Below are positions 30,240 through 32,000 of a stretch of 32,000 nucleotides of DNA, one piece after another. Position 1 is the first letter of the stretch, and each line of letters opens with the position of its first letter. The stretch covers positions 2,970,001 to 3,002,000 of the forward strand of contig NC_002677.1 of NCBI RefSeq assembly GCF_000195855.1, in the 5' to 3' direction. The position numbers and the translations under genes were made by a program. The notes beneath the pieces were generated by a model. That model was not told the DNA's origin, did not search any database, and worked only from the letters and a program-made list of their open reading frames with translations. The stretch comes from Mycobacterium leprae TN. Lineage in GTDB: Bacteria; Actinomycetota; Actinomycetes; Mycobacteriales; Mycobacteriaceae.

Positions 30240-31398
30240 GCCCAGTGTGCGCTTCGCCGAAGCCATCCGCCACGTTTCGTAGCCCAGCACCAGACCTGGG
30301 AGCGGGGGCGGTGCGCCGGTGGATAGCTTGAAATCGGGATCCCGAAGAACGGGACGTGCAGCTACATCGTTATGATTGGAGTGGGCTGTTGAGTCTCGAC
30401 CAGCGGTGACGGTGGGAACGACACCGCAGCCGGCGGGGTAGTACCCGGGACAGCCGATAGCGAGATCTATGGCACCGACAGCAGGCTAAGCGACGACCGA
30501 AGCGCAAGAGTGACGACGCCGGTGCGAGCGCTGGGCCACTGAGCGTGCATTAAACGCTAACGAAATCACCACCAGCGACCACACGATGGCAGCGATCCCA
30601 CTATTGCACTACCGGACCAGTATGTTAAAACCCCCTGCCTCTGCACGGTCTGGTCGTCATACAGAGCACTATAGCCAGAATATTCTCGCCCATGTCTGCA
30701 TGTGCGCAGACGTCGAGATCTGTCGGATTCAGCACACGGAGGGTTACCTCGCCGGTATACACTCCAGCACAGTGAGCCAGAGTGGCCCGATCACGCCGCG
30801 AATAGTGGCATGTTCGTAGAAGCCAGAGCAGCCCCGCAGTCTAGCGTTATCTCCGATTTCCCAGGGACGCTGACCTCGAGCAAAGGCGCTGTCTAGAGTC
30901 CAGGCTTGAGTGTGACGGCGTCGGTTCGGATAGCTGATAATTAATTACGCCGTCCGCCTACGAGGTGAGTTCGACGTCAGCAGACTTAGGCGCACACCAG
31001 GCGCTGCCGGCGACATCAACGACAGCCAACGTTGCGTTGTCTGGATTTACAAACCAACATGGCGATGGGCTGGTAACCGATCCCAGCGCCAATACTGCGG
31101 CAACGAATAACGAGAAGACTATGAAGTCGCCGAATCCCCACCGACAACTAGCTGGAACATGTACCGCCCGACGATGATGCCGTCGGTATTCTCGCTTTTG
31201 ATCAGCACCAAGTGGACCGTCGTAGGTGCCATCGATACCCCAAGTAAGATGTTCACTGGTACTCCAAAGTTTCAAAAGGCCGGCAAAACGTTGTTTAGCT
31301 GCTAGCCACGATTTGAGTGGACGGACCGCACCGTGCGGGCTGTCATTGATGAACTGGGAACGTTTATCAAATTTCGGCCAGCAACGACGAGGCATCAC
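30240..31398 (-). pseudogene. Unidentified decayed region, including a Pro/Thr-rich stretch and a 146-aa ORF with one hydrophobic segment (tentative)
   Basis: Minus-strand pieces: LSAVPGTTPPAAVSFPPSPLVETQQPTPIIT near 30350-30450, and ORF 30958..31398 (FIVFSLFVAAVLALGSV). I recognised no family. It may correspond to the Pro/Thr-rich Rv0312 slot by position only. Confidence 0.2.
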
Positions 31399-31506
31399 AA
31401 CGGCAACTTGTCACCAGCTTGGGTTGGGGTGGGTAACGCGTGTAACCGGGCACCGACCTAACTACCTGATCAATGTATATGGTGGCCGACGGCTTAATCG
31501 TTGGTA

Positions 31507-31530
31507 CGATGGTTACCTTGGTAACCATCG
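31507..31530. repeat. Perfect 24-bp palindrome CGATGGTTACC-TT-GGTAACCATCG
   Basis: Read directly from the sequence; 11-bp arms with a 2-nt spacer. Confidence 0.9.
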
Positions 31531-32000
31531 ATGGCACTGTTGTCACAAGTACCTGCGGCGGTACCGAATAGCGAAGCCGGCGTCTCATAGTGCCGCTTAG
31601 CGGCAAAGTATAACACTTGGGACCGGACTTGCTGCTAATGAACAGGGCAGCAGTGCCGGCCGAAGTGTTACGTTTAAGCACCGCCAGGGCTTTAGTGCTT
31701 TACTGTATGCTCATTAGCGAGTACAATATATTTCCGGTCACAATCATGGCTACCAAGGCGCACAGCACGATGACCAGATTGTCAACGCTTTGGACATGCC
31801 GCCAGGACCGTCCTAGGGCGGCTCGATCACGTTTAGCCGCACCGCAGAGACACGTCGGATCGTCTTCGTACAAAGAATCGCGGCTAAAACGCTCCGATAC
31901 CCCCCCGAATATTCGGCCTGCTACGAGGACAAATCGCGCTTGGTCAAGGCATCCGTATCGACCACCAACACCCCAGCGTCTAAGACGGCCGGTAATTCGA

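Noticed and set aside
1-32000. CRISPR arrays, rRNA genes, IS elements / transposases, dispersed leprosy-type repeats (RLEP and similar), or an intact novel multi-gene system
   Set aside because: No regularly spaced direct repeats, no rRNA-like sequence and no transposase-like frames were seen. I cannot recognise RLEP-type repeats reliably from memory. Every candidate accessory gene here (AbiEii and others) is visibly inactivated, so a live undescribed system is not supported by the sequence.

Overview
The window reads as a high-GC actinobacterial chromosome segment, almost certainly mycobacterial. Its gene order matches what I remember of the M. tuberculosis Rv0352 to Rv0312 region, but with heavy gene decay of the kind typical of Mycobacterium leprae. 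That organism call is my inference from the protein sequences and the pseudogene load, not a database result.

Intact features:
- dnaK-grpE-dnaJ heat-shock operon on the minus strand, with an HspR-type inverted repeat upstream
- a crotonase-family gene
- a lipoprotein gene
- an 880-aa membrane Fe-S (HdrD/GlpC-like) reductase
- an AlaA/AspC-type aminotransferase
- rmlA
- dcd
- tRNA-Gly(CCC)
- a small conserved hypothetical gene

By my own coordinate tally these cover only about one third of the 32 kb. The remainder is frameshifted or stop-interrupted relics:
- a TetR regulator
- a molybdo-hydroxylase L-M-S operon
- an Hsp70-fold gene
- udgA
- an AbiEii-type toxin
- a second crotonase
- an MFS transporter
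- a GT-C-like membrane glycosyltransferase
- two tandem GH16 glucanases
- a DUF3060-like gene

I found no rRNA, CRISPR array, transposase, integrase or intact defence or biosynthetic system, so I cannot support a claim of a new functional system here.

The items most worth a second look are:
- several perfect palindromes in non-coding or decayed DNA: 40 bp at 9331-9370, 23 bp at 8077-8099, twin GGTGGCGCCACC at 15737-15764, and 24 bp at 31507-31530
- a single-lesion TetR gene in front of an intact crotonase gene
- a repeat-bearing basic tail on the Fe-S reductase
- an AbiEii toxin relic inside a decayed block lying 3' of the tRNA-Gly, which does not match my recollection of the M. tuberculosis gene order
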